Of a stretch of 64,000 nt of DNA, positions 27,001 to 39,240 are shown piece after piece (position 1 is the first letter of the stretch; every line of letters begins with the position of its first letter). The DNA is from Proteromonas lacertae (lineage: Eukaryota): positions 1 to 64,000 of the forward strand of contig NGBS01000030.1 in assembly GCA_002245135.1 (NCBI GenBank). The letters are read 5' to 3'. The notes under the pieces are model-generated. The model saw only the letters and a list, made by a program, of their open reading frames with translations, was not told the DNA's origin and did not search any database. Made by a program: the position numbers and the translations under genes.

Positions 27001-27172
27001 GAAAGCAGTAATATCTAATATATTAAATGAAGGGAAAAAGAAGATTAAAGTGAATGGAAATTGTATTAATACTACATCGAAAAACCAAATGAATATTTTA
27101 CTTGAAAAATGGAATAATAAAGAAGATATTCAAGTGAATAATAGTAAATTGCCTTTTAAAGATATGCAATAA
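24065..27172 (+). CDS. Large helical/coiled-coil hypothetical protein (~1035 aa, intronless; 5' end uncertain)
   Basis: 3.1-kb open frame rich in E/K/L/I/N; no motif recognised. Confidence 0.8.
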   Translation: MSIITIESFQKDLTNHLCLYNEGSISTRNSLISKRIQNISKYYHDFNLECEIVRRILQKGIDKQNKTKGKYVSEIGMEDDKFINLVINDLEKPKVSQSPIHMSKVSVGYIDNESSQKSVFDYISDITDFDLFKSTSNYLKIAELYNSIYREMISLSEMQKRLEQLELSEKIILKLKDDECDLLRYYNYHNYHSERITSFKKLQIEYNKLLEQYKSVNTGENHIKCKGNEYKDDENEARDENEEKKEENRQSDIEEMMMKMNDEKRRINDKSIHNMVDCLHSAAKLRSKLLKENDTEICSRILLLIQNYFVLIRDDNEDLPEPTLLINSCKKIYDAVFEITESYEVSQNKTNLASLRLIYPYDILLEDNKDRKKVLFDEFVNDMKNLRKEMSKEDILYQKTYSKHFQSYYLIFEKAVLCCSKSLTNDFNNYIKLESSLDKVILLHKQYSSNVSNISVLNDTTLNNQPSITLLKELIDKCNSYYSNEIDKYKPNDIKKEEDGGGGCCCCCHNNCVIGIQYFYKYIKIDDEYKAQRYFLEAFKAIYNTEIVLAQFREIIKMLVEEGFNIEFHSCINKLLNKMKELKPYGKYNNYNTTSQNIVEEASSRIVLIIDINTSIRTKMEESHTFLTSSLNDIRDMIIRLKNYIVEEDLFYYEIYCRIEYLSRLLVRHIELCDRKIAKSRRIEEVLQQMYELWWTDSDSRVIYRVITTEIPQIEALTYSRPSCSEIYLNPNPNPTKYIFGRGIKVAPEPSSDLSLLITGPPLPVPFGYEVLLESILWNVESYQYYYPNMRLDFYNEEINELLQANLQVNNKKVKMYETQISIYQKYISLHMNDVDLLLNTIIDKELILKENNEYIAELDKNEMLYHENTILYDLCGIDCLKLFEYIENNLDELKKDYKEFIKSSTYHFNKMRRLHNLLVLLIKERVKEIKDINENNAILYKEIYEQEDEIDNRMKDVTQYKKMNEEKYNELMKYYKEEKAVISNILNEGKKKIKVNGNCINTTSKNQMNILLEKWNNKEDIQVNNSKLPFKDMQ

Positions 27173-27325
27173 TCTCCGTAAATTATATAAATATAATATT
27201 ATTAATTAATTAGTGATTAATTGTTGTTTTTGGTTAAATAAAAATAATGAAAAATAATAAACATTAACAAAATAATACTAAAATTAAATAAAATTCAACC
27301 TAAACTCTAAAATTTCATTTAACAT

Positions 27326-30300
27326 TTAATCATTTTCAGGTATTGGCAATAAATTAATTCCACTTTTTATATTTTTCAAATTCTTATCAGGATCAATAAC
27401 AATACTACCAGGTCTTGAATTTGGTCTTGATGATAAAACCATTGAACGTTTATACAAAGTTGTTTTACGTCTTTCTTGTGCTACAACTATTCTATCAATC
27501 TCTTCCTCGGTCATTTGGTTATTTAAAACATTAACTACTAAACTAATAGCACAACTTCTAACCATATTCTCTGAATGACTCTCAATATATCTGAAATGCC
27601 TTACATCATCTAAACTCATCTCATAATATGGACTTCCAACGAAACTATCCCAAAAGTCATTCAATAATTTGTCAAATACTAATTTCTTTGCTTCTTTAAA
27701 TATTTCTTTTGTCTATTCATATAATATAACACATAATATTTATATACAACAACAGCAAAATGAGCAGTAATATTCTCTTTTATTTCAGGTGTTAATGGAA
27801 CAATGTCGTATTCAATATATTTTGTTATTATCATATATGCGTTTTGTTCTAACTCTTCTTTTGCTTTAATCTTTGTAAATTGCTTTACATCATGATAGAA
27901 TTCAATCAGACTACTCATATTGTATTGTTCAGCAAAACAAATCATATGCGCTCTTAATATTCTGTTCTTCAAAAACTTCTTCATTTCTTTAATTTTTTGT
28001 TTCTTTGTTGCTAATGAATAAGGTTGCAATAATGAAGGTTTAGCTCTCATCAAAATAATAATAGGAAAAGGAAGCATATAACAAATGCCAAAACATACTA
28101 AACCACAGAAAAAGAATACAATTACAAATCTTTCATATGGTAAAAGCCAATCATTTACTAGTAAAACTGCTCCACACATAATACCTAAAAACCTATTCAA
28201 CATTATATATAATATATATATATATATATACAAATAATAACCTTCAGTATAAACAACAAGTTTATTTTTTCTTTTACAACCATACACAAAGAAATATATT
28301 TGAGCGGCAACTTCAAACCAAATGAAATAGGAGAATAATGTTGGTGAAAAATACGATTCACATGAATAATAATACACTAATCTATTCCCAACTAAATCAG
28401 CATTGTATTTTATATAAATTGGAGATATAAACACTCTACATACTAATAAAATAAAATATATAATCAAAACAGCAGCTTCTATGTATATTATATTCCCTTC
28501 ATATGTAAAATTCTGTTGAACTTCTTCATTCACTAAATAGGGGGTAAATGCATAAGTTCCAATTGCTAAATAATACACAAATGATTGCAATGAACATAAA
28601 AATGTAGTTGGTCTTCCTACAATAATGAATTGATATGTAATAATGATTAATGGTAAAAAATACCACATTGCAAACATGATTGGGAATCTATAAGCTCTTA
28701 ATTTTCTATAATAAATATATATAAACTATGAAATATACCTTCTATTCATTATAGTAAAAATAGCCAAACTAAGTAATAACAACAAATCAAGAGCAGCAAC
28801 TACATACAATCCAATAACATCTGGTACAAGAAAATAACTTGATTTTTCAACTGGATTCCAAGTCCAAGGTGAAGGAGTAATATAACCACAAGTACAATCA
28901 CTATATCCATTCTCTTCTGTGCAAACATGACCATTTTGATTACAAACAGGTGCTGTTGATGGTGATACAATATACGGTGTTCTATAATCATCATATGATT
29001 GAATTTGAGCTAAGGTTGATTTTAATTCTTGATTCATTCCATCATTATCAAAACCAACTGGTCCAAAAAACGTCTTCCAAGGTTTACAATCACAACTATA
29101 CAAAGCACATGGTTGAGTATATGAATTATCATCTTCATTTTCACATACAGAAAAGAAATTATGAATTGTCAAATAAATATTATTCACAGGACTTGAATCA
29201 AAATATGTATTATCATTATCATAATTCAAATTCCTTAATGTGGATGATAATTCGACAACTCTTTGAATTGTTACACCTATTAATGAACCTCTAGCAATAT
29301 ATTCATAATCACCATCTAAATCAACAACCATATTATAAACTGAACTATTCATATATTTCATATAATTATCTTTAGCATATTTCATAAAATTATCTGTTGA
29401 TCCTAAATATGATTTTATAACATCATTTCCATATCCTTGATTCTCACTAAATGCTGTACTATAATAAATATAAGTATTATCTATATCATATTCTCTAGGT
29501 CCAGTAACAGTATAAGCTCTAGTGAGACTCATTATCACTTTTGGAGTATAACCAATTGCTTTTAATATGTGTAAATAAGATGGTAAATTCTGATCAACAT
29601 TTAATAATAATATATCAGGATCAAGTTCTTGTGCTAACTTCAACCATTTTTCAATTTCATCAACTCTTCTTTTGACTATATGTTGACTAGTATCAACTAG
29701 TGGATAAACACAAGCTTCATCACTTCCACAATCACTTACACTATGGCAATTAATACCTGTAAAATTAGTTCTATCATTTTCACATCTTTTTTCTATTAAA
29801 TCAATTGATACACCAGCAATATCTCTATAATGATCTACTATTGCTTGAACACAATTAATTGAGTATAATATATCTATTGTATCACCTAAAATCATCCACC
29901 TTCTATAATTCAATCGTTTATGAAATATTTCAATAGCTGGCAAGGCTGTTTCTGTAGATTTCATAATTGGTGAAAAGGCAAATTGATAAGCAGGTGAATA
30001 TGCTTCCTCTGGACCACATGATCCAATTACACCAACTTCAAAGCCATACATACCATATTTGTTGTATATATACTTATTAAGATGCATATTATATTCATCA
30101 CCCATTGGCAGTATGATGAAATGTGGTTTCTCATAATTATCTCTATTTGCTATATCATCAACCCATATAGTAAGTAGATGTAAATATTCGTTGTCATTGG
30201 CATTTAATACACCAAGATCTATAATTTGCAAACATACAGGCATTCTATACATTATATAAAATAGAATGCGAAAATACCTTTTGCCTCCCACACATTCCTT

Positions 30301-30608
30301 ATTTACTAATGCATTTGTATCACCACCTACACATATACCACCTTCTGAATTGATCGCATCTCTCCATAGATAATAACCTGCCCAATTTGGTATCTCTAAC
30401 AGTTAAAATATTATTTATCATATACCAAAAACATTAAATACATTGCTACTACTACTAGCTACTTCTATTCGAATATCTCCCTCTTCGCACTTGGATTTTG
30501 AGAATTGAGTAAGCATATTGTCACCATACTTGCTTTCCGCCTATAGAATTATAAAATATATAATACCAATTTTAAAATAACTATAATCCATACTATAATC
30601 AAATTCAT
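27326..30608 (-). CDS. Venus-flytrap (LivJ-like PBP1) + Cys-rich linker + 7TM + RGS domain receptor, ~1,030 aa
   Basis: Signal-like start MNLIIVWIIVILKL. WAGYYLWRDAINSEGGICVGG...GKRMPVCLQIID and WKTFFGPVGFDNDGMN match PBP1 patterns. Seven hydrophobic segments with class C-like NRKLR, GRPTTFLC and ECL2 YYYSCES. RGS pattern FLKNRILRAHMICFAEQYNMSSLIEFYHDVKQF...AYMIITKYI...IFKEAKKLVFDKLLNDFWDSFVGSPYY. Six small introns. Confidence 0.82.
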
Positions 30609-30838
30609 AAAAAAATCGTTATTTTGTTACAATCACTATTTTATCATATATGAATGATTCCGATGATATTTCTACTTTAATTCATCACTTATGTTCAGTT
30701 ATGATGACATGTTGTGTTTATTGTTTGATCTGTTTAAATCAAAATCAAAATCTTTGATTTATTATCCATTTCTTCAATCAAAACATACACAAATAAAAAT
30801 ACATGTATAAATAATAAAACTATTATAAGCCCTTTCTA

Positions 30839-33449
30839 CTATTGTTCTTCATTTATAGAAGAGTGACATCCTTCACTCTCACTAATCACATGACTCTCCG
30901 TATTATTAATAGATGGCATGCTCTCATTAGCAATATGAATAGATTCATCCACATGCCCATCATTCTTTGCTTGATTCTGTTTTGCTTCTTCCATTGATTC
31001 GTCTTCAATCGCTACTTCATCAGCTGTTGTTGCATCAACACCATAATCATAAGATTCATCTCCTTCTTCTTCATCATCATCATATGATTCTTCATTATTA
31101 TTATTATTATCTTGTTGTTGTTGTTGTTGTTGTAATAACATTTCTCTTTGTTTCATTAATTCTTCTAATTTCTGTTCATCAGTCATACTTTCATCTTTTT
31201 CTTCATTTTCATTTTCTTGTTGTTGTCGTTGTTGTTCCATTCTCTTTAAATCTTCTTCATTCATACTTTCTTCATTCTCTTTCACTTTCTCATTAAAATA
31301 TTCTTCATCTTCTTCTTCTAATCTCAATAATTCATTTCTTCTCTCTATTAACTCTTTCTCTTTCATTTTCAATAATTCTAATCTTTCTCTATCATCTATA
31401 CTTAAATCATCAGATAATAAACTCTCAGTATCATAACTATCACAGTAACAACTACTTCCATCTTCATTTATATCATTATAATTGGCATTAGAATCATAGT
31501 GAGTATCATCTATTATAGATGGTTTTGAATTAGTAGTAGTAGGAGGTAAAGGTGGTTTGTTATATTTATTATCTTTCTTATTCACCTTTTTATTATTTCC
31601 TTTCTTCTTATCTGCTACTACTATTACTGGCTTTGATGGTTGTTGAATTGGCTTTTCTTCCATTTTATTCACTTCTTTCTTTAATTTCATTAATTCATCT
31701 CTTTTTTGTTTCAATACTCTTAACCTTGCTAAATCATATCCAATTACTGCAGCTTCTCGTCTTTTCTTCTCTTTTTCTTCCATTCTTTGCATTTCTTCTA
31801 AGAATTCTTTCTCTTCTTTTTCTTTCTTTAGTTTTCTAGCTAGTCTTTGCTCTTTCTGTAATTTCTTTAATCTTTCTTCAGCTTCTTGGGCTCTTCGGGC
31901 AGAATCTTCAGCTTGTTTTCTCATCTTCTCTTTCTTAAATTCTTCCATCACTTTCTTCTCGATTTTCTTCTTCTCTTTCCATTCATCTAATTCTTCTCTC
32001 TTCTTTTCCATGTCTTCAGTATTCTTTGATCTTATAGTCTCTTTATATTGAGATGTTAAATTCTTTTCAACTATTTTATTCTGTTTAGCAATCTTCTTCT
32101 GTTCTTCGATCTTCTTTTTTCCTTTCTTAATTACTTCTTTTCTCATCTCTTCTTGTCTCTTTTTAAATCTTTCTTTGGCTTGTCTTTTTCTTTCCATTTC
32201 TGCACTTACTTGTTTATCCATCTGTTTCTCTTGCCACAATCTTAACTCTAATTGTTCTCTTAATATTCTTTCTTTCTCTTCAGCTGTCCATTCCTCCATA
32301 TATTCACCATATGTTTCAATCTCAGGAGCTTCATCACCTACATGTTTGGCAGTGTCACTGTATATTTTACATAACTTTGAAGCATCTTCATCTACTTGGG
32401 ATAGATAATCTGCATAACAGGTACTAGTTAATGGCTTCTGAGATGCATCTAATATTTGCTTTCTAGTCATTGGTGAATTCTTTCTACCATTTGGATTAGG
32501 GAATAAAATGATTGGTTTAGCTTTCTTCTTCTTATTTTTCTTTACTGAATTAGGTGATTCATGACTACTTATTGTATCTTTCATTGAATCACTATCTCTC
32601 AATAGACTTCTTCTGGAACTTAGTTTCTTTAAGAATGAATTATGTTTAGATAGTTTCTTATCAGTAGGTGATAATTCAAATTGTGTAATAAATGTATCAC
32701 CTGCTGAATCTACTGTTTCTATTATATTTCTCCATGCATGCTGGATTGTTAATGCTGCTTCATTCATATTCTTACGCTTATAATATACTCTTCTTCTTCC
32801 TAAAAATCCTCTGATTAAACTTTGTATCTTTATGAGACATCTAATTCTGTGTATATATGCTGCTGTTCTTTCTTCTTTGTGTAATCTCGCAATTTTACCT
32901 CGGATTATCTTCTGGATTTGTATTGCTGAATCAGTCATATGCTTTATTCTTCTCCTTACCAGGAAGGTTCGGATTATTTTCTGTAGACATTTTGCACCAT
33001 AATCTTCTTTCGCTTCTCGCAGTTTCTTTCTACAGTAATGACCAATGTAAACTCTTTGAATTAATACTCTTGCTTCCATTTCTATTTCTTTACGAAGAAG
33101 TCTCTTTTCTCCACGAAGAATACCAGCTTCTATTTTTCGCTTTTTATCTTTTAATTGTTCTAATTCTCTCTCCATTGTTATTCTAGCATCTTTGAATTTT
33201 TCAATTTCTTTTGTATTATGTTGTATATCTAAATTTTGTATTAGTTTGATTTTCTGAAGGCTTCCATCTCTATAAAACGGATTATTATAAAAGAAATTGA
33301 ATATACTCATAAAATTTACCAGCATAGTTCTCTGAAAAGCACTGACTTCTAGCAAATGATGACGGATGACAGAAGAATTCTGCATAACGTCTATGATCAA
33401 ATCCAGTTAATGGATCAATAGCTAAGTTACTATTGAATGTAGCAGTCAT
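30839..33449 (-). CDS. IQ-motif protein with long charged (ER/K) helix/coiled coil and acidic tail
   Basis: IQ repeats IQRVYIGH, LQKIIRTF, IQKIIRGK, IQSLIRGF, IQHAWRN. Likely true start ATG 33449 with one intron at about 33270-33306. Confidence 0.85.
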
Positions 33450-33520
33450 AATATTATTGGAATAATTAAATATTTATATGATATATATTCTATAAAGTAA
33501 AATAACTACAAAAATAAATT

Positions 33521-33570
33521 TCAAAACGAAGCTTGGCTTGTATATTCAAATAAATTTGAACGTTTTTTTC
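33521..33570. promoter_or_regulatory. Putative bidirectional promoter with AAAACG, GCTTGGCTTG and CGTTTT motifs
   Basis: 134-bp spacer between divergent starts (33449 minus, 33584 plus); the same short words recur upstream of other genes in the window. Confidence 0.4.
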
Positions 33571-33583
33571 ATATTTATATTTT

Positions 33584-35310
33584 ATGGAAATACTCATTGT
33601 GGATGCTTTTTCAGAGTCAGAAGAAGGTAGAACTAATTTTAAGTTATTTAGGGAATATGTAGTGAAGTTAAGTAAGAAATATGCATTTGGTGGTGAATTA
33701 ACAACTTATGTTAGAAAATATAATGATCTTGATGATTTTATATATGAGAATGACTCAAATTATACAAATGAAAGTAGCATACATAGATTTGACACATTAG
33801 ACATTATTTTTATAGATGGAGGTGCAGCAATGTTACCATGGCTTAAAGCATTTGATAAAGTACGAATTCTAATAAAAATGTGTATTTATACTGAGAAATG
33901 CCTGTTCTGCTGTTCTACAGCTTCAATGATATTATGTTATTTATGCCATATAGGTAGTAGAAGATACAAAATTATTAATGGTCAAGGAAAAGGAACATCG
34001 ATTAGAGAATTAGAAAATTACGAAAATCTAAAACTACCTCCAACAGAAGTCTTTTACGATAATCATAACGGTCAATTTTATAGTTACAATGCTGAATATA
34101 AATCATGGAAATCTCTAGGTTATTGTGGATTAATCTACAAACATGCTCGACAACAATCATCCAAGTTTTACACTCCTAAATATCCTATTCATGCATCTAT
34201 GTCTCATCCTGTGTATTCAACACCATGGGAATGTCCTTGTTATATATTATCTGAGCAAGTTAATAATTGGTTAATTAGAGATATAAAACAAAAGGAATTT
34301 GTTGTACCAATTCATTCACAATGGATAATGATTAATCACACTCCAATATTCCCATTCACTGTAATATGTGAAAATGAAAGAAATCCTATATTATTTGAGT
34401 ATAAAAATAGTGTTGGTGCTTTTTTCCATATAAATAATAAATATCCACAAACTGTTACTATATTAGAGACATTTATTAGACAGAAAGTTGAATTAATGAG
34501 AGAATATGGAACAATACATCAAAGTGCAGTTATATTAATGAGAGTTGTGAATAAGAAAAGACCCTTTTCAGCCAGAAAAGCACCAAGTAATGTTTCGTTA
34601 ACCAGAAGTGATTCAAAAACTCAACGTCCTTCTTCTGCATTACCTCAAACTGGTAAAAATAAACATTCATTAACAACACCATTCAAACCATCAACCTTTT
34701 GGTAAATCAACACAATTATTGCACATTAATTCAATATATGAAGATAATAATAATAATAATAATAAAGAGAATGAATCTAAAAGAAATATGAAAAGAGGTA
34801 GTATAGGTAGATGTGAAAATATAGTAGAAGATAATAAAAGAAATATGAATGGTAAAAATAAGAATAGTTATTTAAGTCTAAATAATGTTAATGAATATAG
34901 TTCAGATTGTGATTTCTATTATAAACCAGGCGAAGAACCACCACCACCACCTCCACCTCCTCCAGAATCTCCACCTGTGTATAGATTCACTGTGAAAACA
35001 ACTCCATATACAAGATATAATTATTTTAGAGATTTGAATATTACTGAAAGAAAGAAGAATAATAACAACCGATTTATTGGTATTAGGAATGATGGAAGAA
35101 TGTATAAAGATAGACAACATATTGAATATGAAGAAAATGAGAAAAGTAGAGAAGCTTGGGATGAATGATGAAGATTTCAAAAATACAATTGGTAAAGCAA
35201 CAACAAGAAGGAAAGTGGAAGTTCCTGTTATATCATGTAGTGGACCTTATAGACCTCCTGCATTGTATGATTTTAGAACAGGAAAAACTCAAACTGTATT
35301 TAATATTTAG
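33584..35310 (+). CDS. Class I glutamine amidotransferase-like fold protein (probably non-catalytic) with low-complexity C-terminal extension; two single-base frameshifts
   Basis: ILIVDAF, DIIFIDGG..MLPW, CLFCCSTASMILCY and VGAFFH sit at GATase-like positions. The three ORFs join if one T (34697-34700) and one G (35158-35160) are removed. Confidence 0.6.
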
Positions 35311-35485
35311 ATTAACTGTTATATATATTTATATATTGTATGTTTATTTATAATATGTGTGAAAATATGAAAAAAAAAACACTCATAATTATACATAAGT
35401 AATATAATTGGGAAAAAAACTTCTACTTACTTATAAATATTAAATGATCTAGTTTTAATAACTAACAGTTGCTTACATATAAAGT

Positions 35486-36194
35486 CTATTCTGACTTCTG
35501 TTGATTTTGATCAATTTTATTCTGATTTTGTACTTCACTTGTAGATGAGGTTGAATTACTAGTCGACGAGTCTTTGTCTGGAGTTTCTTTCCATACAGGT
35601 GTTAATGGCGCTCCTTTCTTCCTTAAATCATCTAAACCATGTGCAAATCTACACTTATAAGCTGGAAATAAACAAGTTCCTTTCATATAATATTGACATA
35701 ATTCAGTCTTATAATTAGGATGTAATACATAAGGAATATCACCATCTTCTATTCTTAAATCATCTTCACCATGTGCATAAGTACACTGTGCCTTGGATTT
35801 ATTGCATCTACCATGCAAATAAGCTTGACATAACTGTGCTTTTGTACGAACTTTTGGTTTGGTTTGATTTGGTTGTTGTTGTTGTTGAGATTGTTGTATC
35901 ATTTGTTCATTAGTTGTTGTTGGTGATGATGATGATGTTGATGGTTGTAATAATGACTGTGGTTGCTGCTGAGGTGGTTGTTGTTGTTGTATTAAAGTCG
36001 CAGTTGCTGTTGGTGGTGATGATTGATATTGTTCAGTCAATTGAGGTGAATGAGATACAGGGATTAACTCTTCAGTATTATTATAATTAACAGATTGTGG
36101 TGCAGCCATTAAAATATCATAATTGTTTCTCACTAAATTGGTCAAATAATCGGCTGTTTGAGGAAAAGACTTATTCATACTATATAATAATAAT

Positions 36195-36233
<39 letters not shown>

Positions 36234-37921
36234 TAAACAAATAAATGTAAAATATAATTTGGAGAAAAAGATGGAAATTGAGCAATCAATTGCTCATATA
36301 TAGAACTCTGATCAGGTGTTAATTGTACATTATATTCTTGTTGTTGAGATGTGATAGTCATAGGCTGGTTCTTACTCCTACTACTACCAACAGCAGGATT
36401 ATACGGCAATGCACAATTGGTTGGTCTTAATACAGATGGTATACTATTAGCTTGAATATTATTCATATATGCTGGGATATTGGTTGTAGTTGTTGTGTTT
36501 CGATCATTATGATATGAATGTATTGGTAATGTTCTATAAGAGGATGGAGCTGATACACCATATGCACCTCCTCCTCCACCACCACTTCCACCACCGCTCT
36601 TATTATTATTATTATTATTATTACCATCATGAGGAGGACTATATACTGTATTCTGATTCTCATATAATCTACGTGAATCACTAGGTGGTGTATAGGATGT
36701 TAATTGTGTTGGTGGTGAATAATGTTGTTGTTGTTGTTGTGGTGGTGGTGGTGGTTGAGTTTGCACATATCCAATAGTACGTTGATCAATAGGTGGAGAA
36801 TACTGTATAGCTGTATTCATATCATTCGTTGGTGGTGATGGATATGACATTGAAGTTCTTTCTAATTGATCAATAGTTCTTATAGTATCTTGAGGTGATT
36901 GATGTAATGATCGTGGTTGTGATGATGAAGAGGGTGGATTCGATGATAAAGGATTTAAAGGAGATGAGGATGATGTAGATGAACTGTTATTGTTACTATT
37001 ATTAGCTGGATTATTACTATCAACCGGTCCTCTTAGTACTAAGCTTGGATTTTGACTCAATACATGTGCAGCGATGAAGGATAAATCAGGATTCTTACCC
37101 ATTATCTTTTCTAATAATTCATCATATCTTTTTTGCAAAAGAACATTCTCTTTTTTTAATTTTTCTATTTCTTCTCTTTCTATTGTATCTGTAAGGGGTT
37201 TTTCTAATATTGCATTGTGTTCTAAGAGTTGTAAGGGTATTGATGTACCAGTAGAAGAGGAAAATAAAGAGGAATTTGATGGTTGTGATTGTTGTTGTTG
37301 TTGTAACAGTGGAGGTATTGATATATTCCCATTTTCTATTATTGTATCGAATTCTTTCAATAATTCTCCATAATTACATACTTCTTTTATTGAATCGTAG
37401 AGTTTCTGAAGTATTGGTAATATCTCTGCTTTTTCGTCTGGATTCTGAAGCTTCTTTATTGCTAATTGAATTGATGTTGACTATTACATATATTATAAAT
37501 GTATATACATAGAGAGACCTTCGTCGTTCACTGTCTTGAAGTATTGGCTTCAATTTCTATTAGTTTATAATCAAAAAAAGTGTAATACTGTTAGAAATGA
37601 ATGTTCTTTTTCGTGAATATCGTTTATTTTCTGTTGAAAAACTTCAGTTTTCTATATTAGAATAAAATCATGATTAATACTGTGTATTTCAGCTTTAATT
37701 GTTGTATTTCTTGCTTCAAGGTGTTATTTTGTAACTAAAAAATAATAGACACGACATACAGATAAATCCTCAAATTGTTTTGAATATTGTTTCTTTATTT
37801 TATCTTCAATGTCAGAATAGAGAGATTTGATTGTCTCACCGACTAAAGAAGCTAAGGAAGCAGTGCATTCCGCTATTCTATTGTTAATGATAATATTTTT
37901 CTCTTGGTCATTATCATCCAT
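35486..37921 (-). CDS. Tandem CCCH zinc-finger RNA-binding protein (TIS11/TTP-like) with coiled coil and Q/P/S/N low-complexity region
   Basis: RTKAQLCQAYLHGRCNKSKAQCTYAHG and YKTELCQYYMKGTCLFPAYKCRFAHG. Upstream exons are linked by small introns from ATG 37921. Confidence 0.88.
36201..36232. repeat. (TA)n microsatellite inside an intron
   Basis: About 16 TA units read directly. Confidence 0.9.
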
Positions 37922-39240
37922 GAATAATAGAAGCTCAAATATAAAAAAATGATAAAAGAAAGACGAGAAGCTGAAGTGTATTTTTGTTACATACATTTAA
38001 ATAGAATTCTTTCACGTCAAATCCAATTAATTCTTTTTATCATTTTAAAGTCATCATTAAAATACTAATTGACTGCTTAAATATACCTGAACCATTTAAA
38101 TATGCGTAGAGTATATGGACGAGATTATTTAATCTATCAAATTTTATTATGTAAGAAAAAAATCATTAAGTTGTCTATCAAATGGCATTTATTTTGTACT
38201 TTTTATACTGCACTTTATTTATCAACTAATTGCCAATACGTCATATCATTTATAAATGACAAATAATTGGCAAGCTTTAGTTTGAGTCTATTTTTTTAAA
38301 TGTTGTTTTATCTCTTGACATAACATCTAATGATTGTAGTAATAACATATTTTTATAACATTACCACATAATTCTTCTTAAAATATGAAAAAAGTTATAT
38401 TATATAGATATACAAGTTTGTATTCTATACCTACTACATCATTTATTGAAGAAGAAGTAGTTAACTGGATTGCTTATTTTGAATTTTCTGAATGTTACAG
38501 TTCATTTTTTGTTTTCTTTAATTAAACCATTCATCTGACATCCTATAATGAAAAGCATGAAGATGTCAGCCACATATAAAGCATGAAGAAGCATTTTATA
38601 TATTCACTATTTGAGATTTAAACAAGTTTGAGATAAAAATGGTAATGAAAAGGGTAGCGACAATAGTACACTCTACAGATGGTTCTGATACACCAAAAAC
38701 CCTTTTACTCTTTGGAAAATAAATTGATATTATTTTTATCGTAATAAAAAATATCTGAATATATAATGATGATATATAATGATGGAAGATGAAAATATTA
38801 TTTCAGATATTTAAAATACACTGATTGTTATTTACATAAAAACTATATTGGTTGTTTTAAAATAATTCATAAATTTATTCAGTTTATTCATACATATATA
38901 ACTTCTAATCTTCAATGTACATACTTTTATTATTTACACTCCACAACATTTTTAATATCTATCTTTTCACTTATGGTTAAGTGTTACATCAAAATATGTG
39001 TAAGTGCTTATTCAATTACCAGAACTCTTTCTATATAATTTCATTTCTGTGATTAACAAGAATTACAAACGTAATTGAAACGACTAATATTTTTAAAATT
39101 ATAATTATCAAAGTAATAATGATCACTAGACGTTTCAACATTCTTTAACAAAAAATTCATTCTCTTCTATTATTTGATAGAAATATAAATATAAATATAG
39201 ATAAAAGACACAACACATTGGATAATATCTAACATCTGAA

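Noticed and set aside
30967..33186. Short antisense ORFs in the track (also 168-491, 19719-20057, 37074-37373, 42976-43305, 61835-63421)
   Set aside because: Shadow frames opposite real genes with low-complexity codon use; no independent motifs.
38535..38569. 8-bp inverted repeat CTGACATC/GATGTCAG as an ncRNA or element end
   Set aside because: Too short, with no target-site duplication, second copy or recognisable RNA motif.
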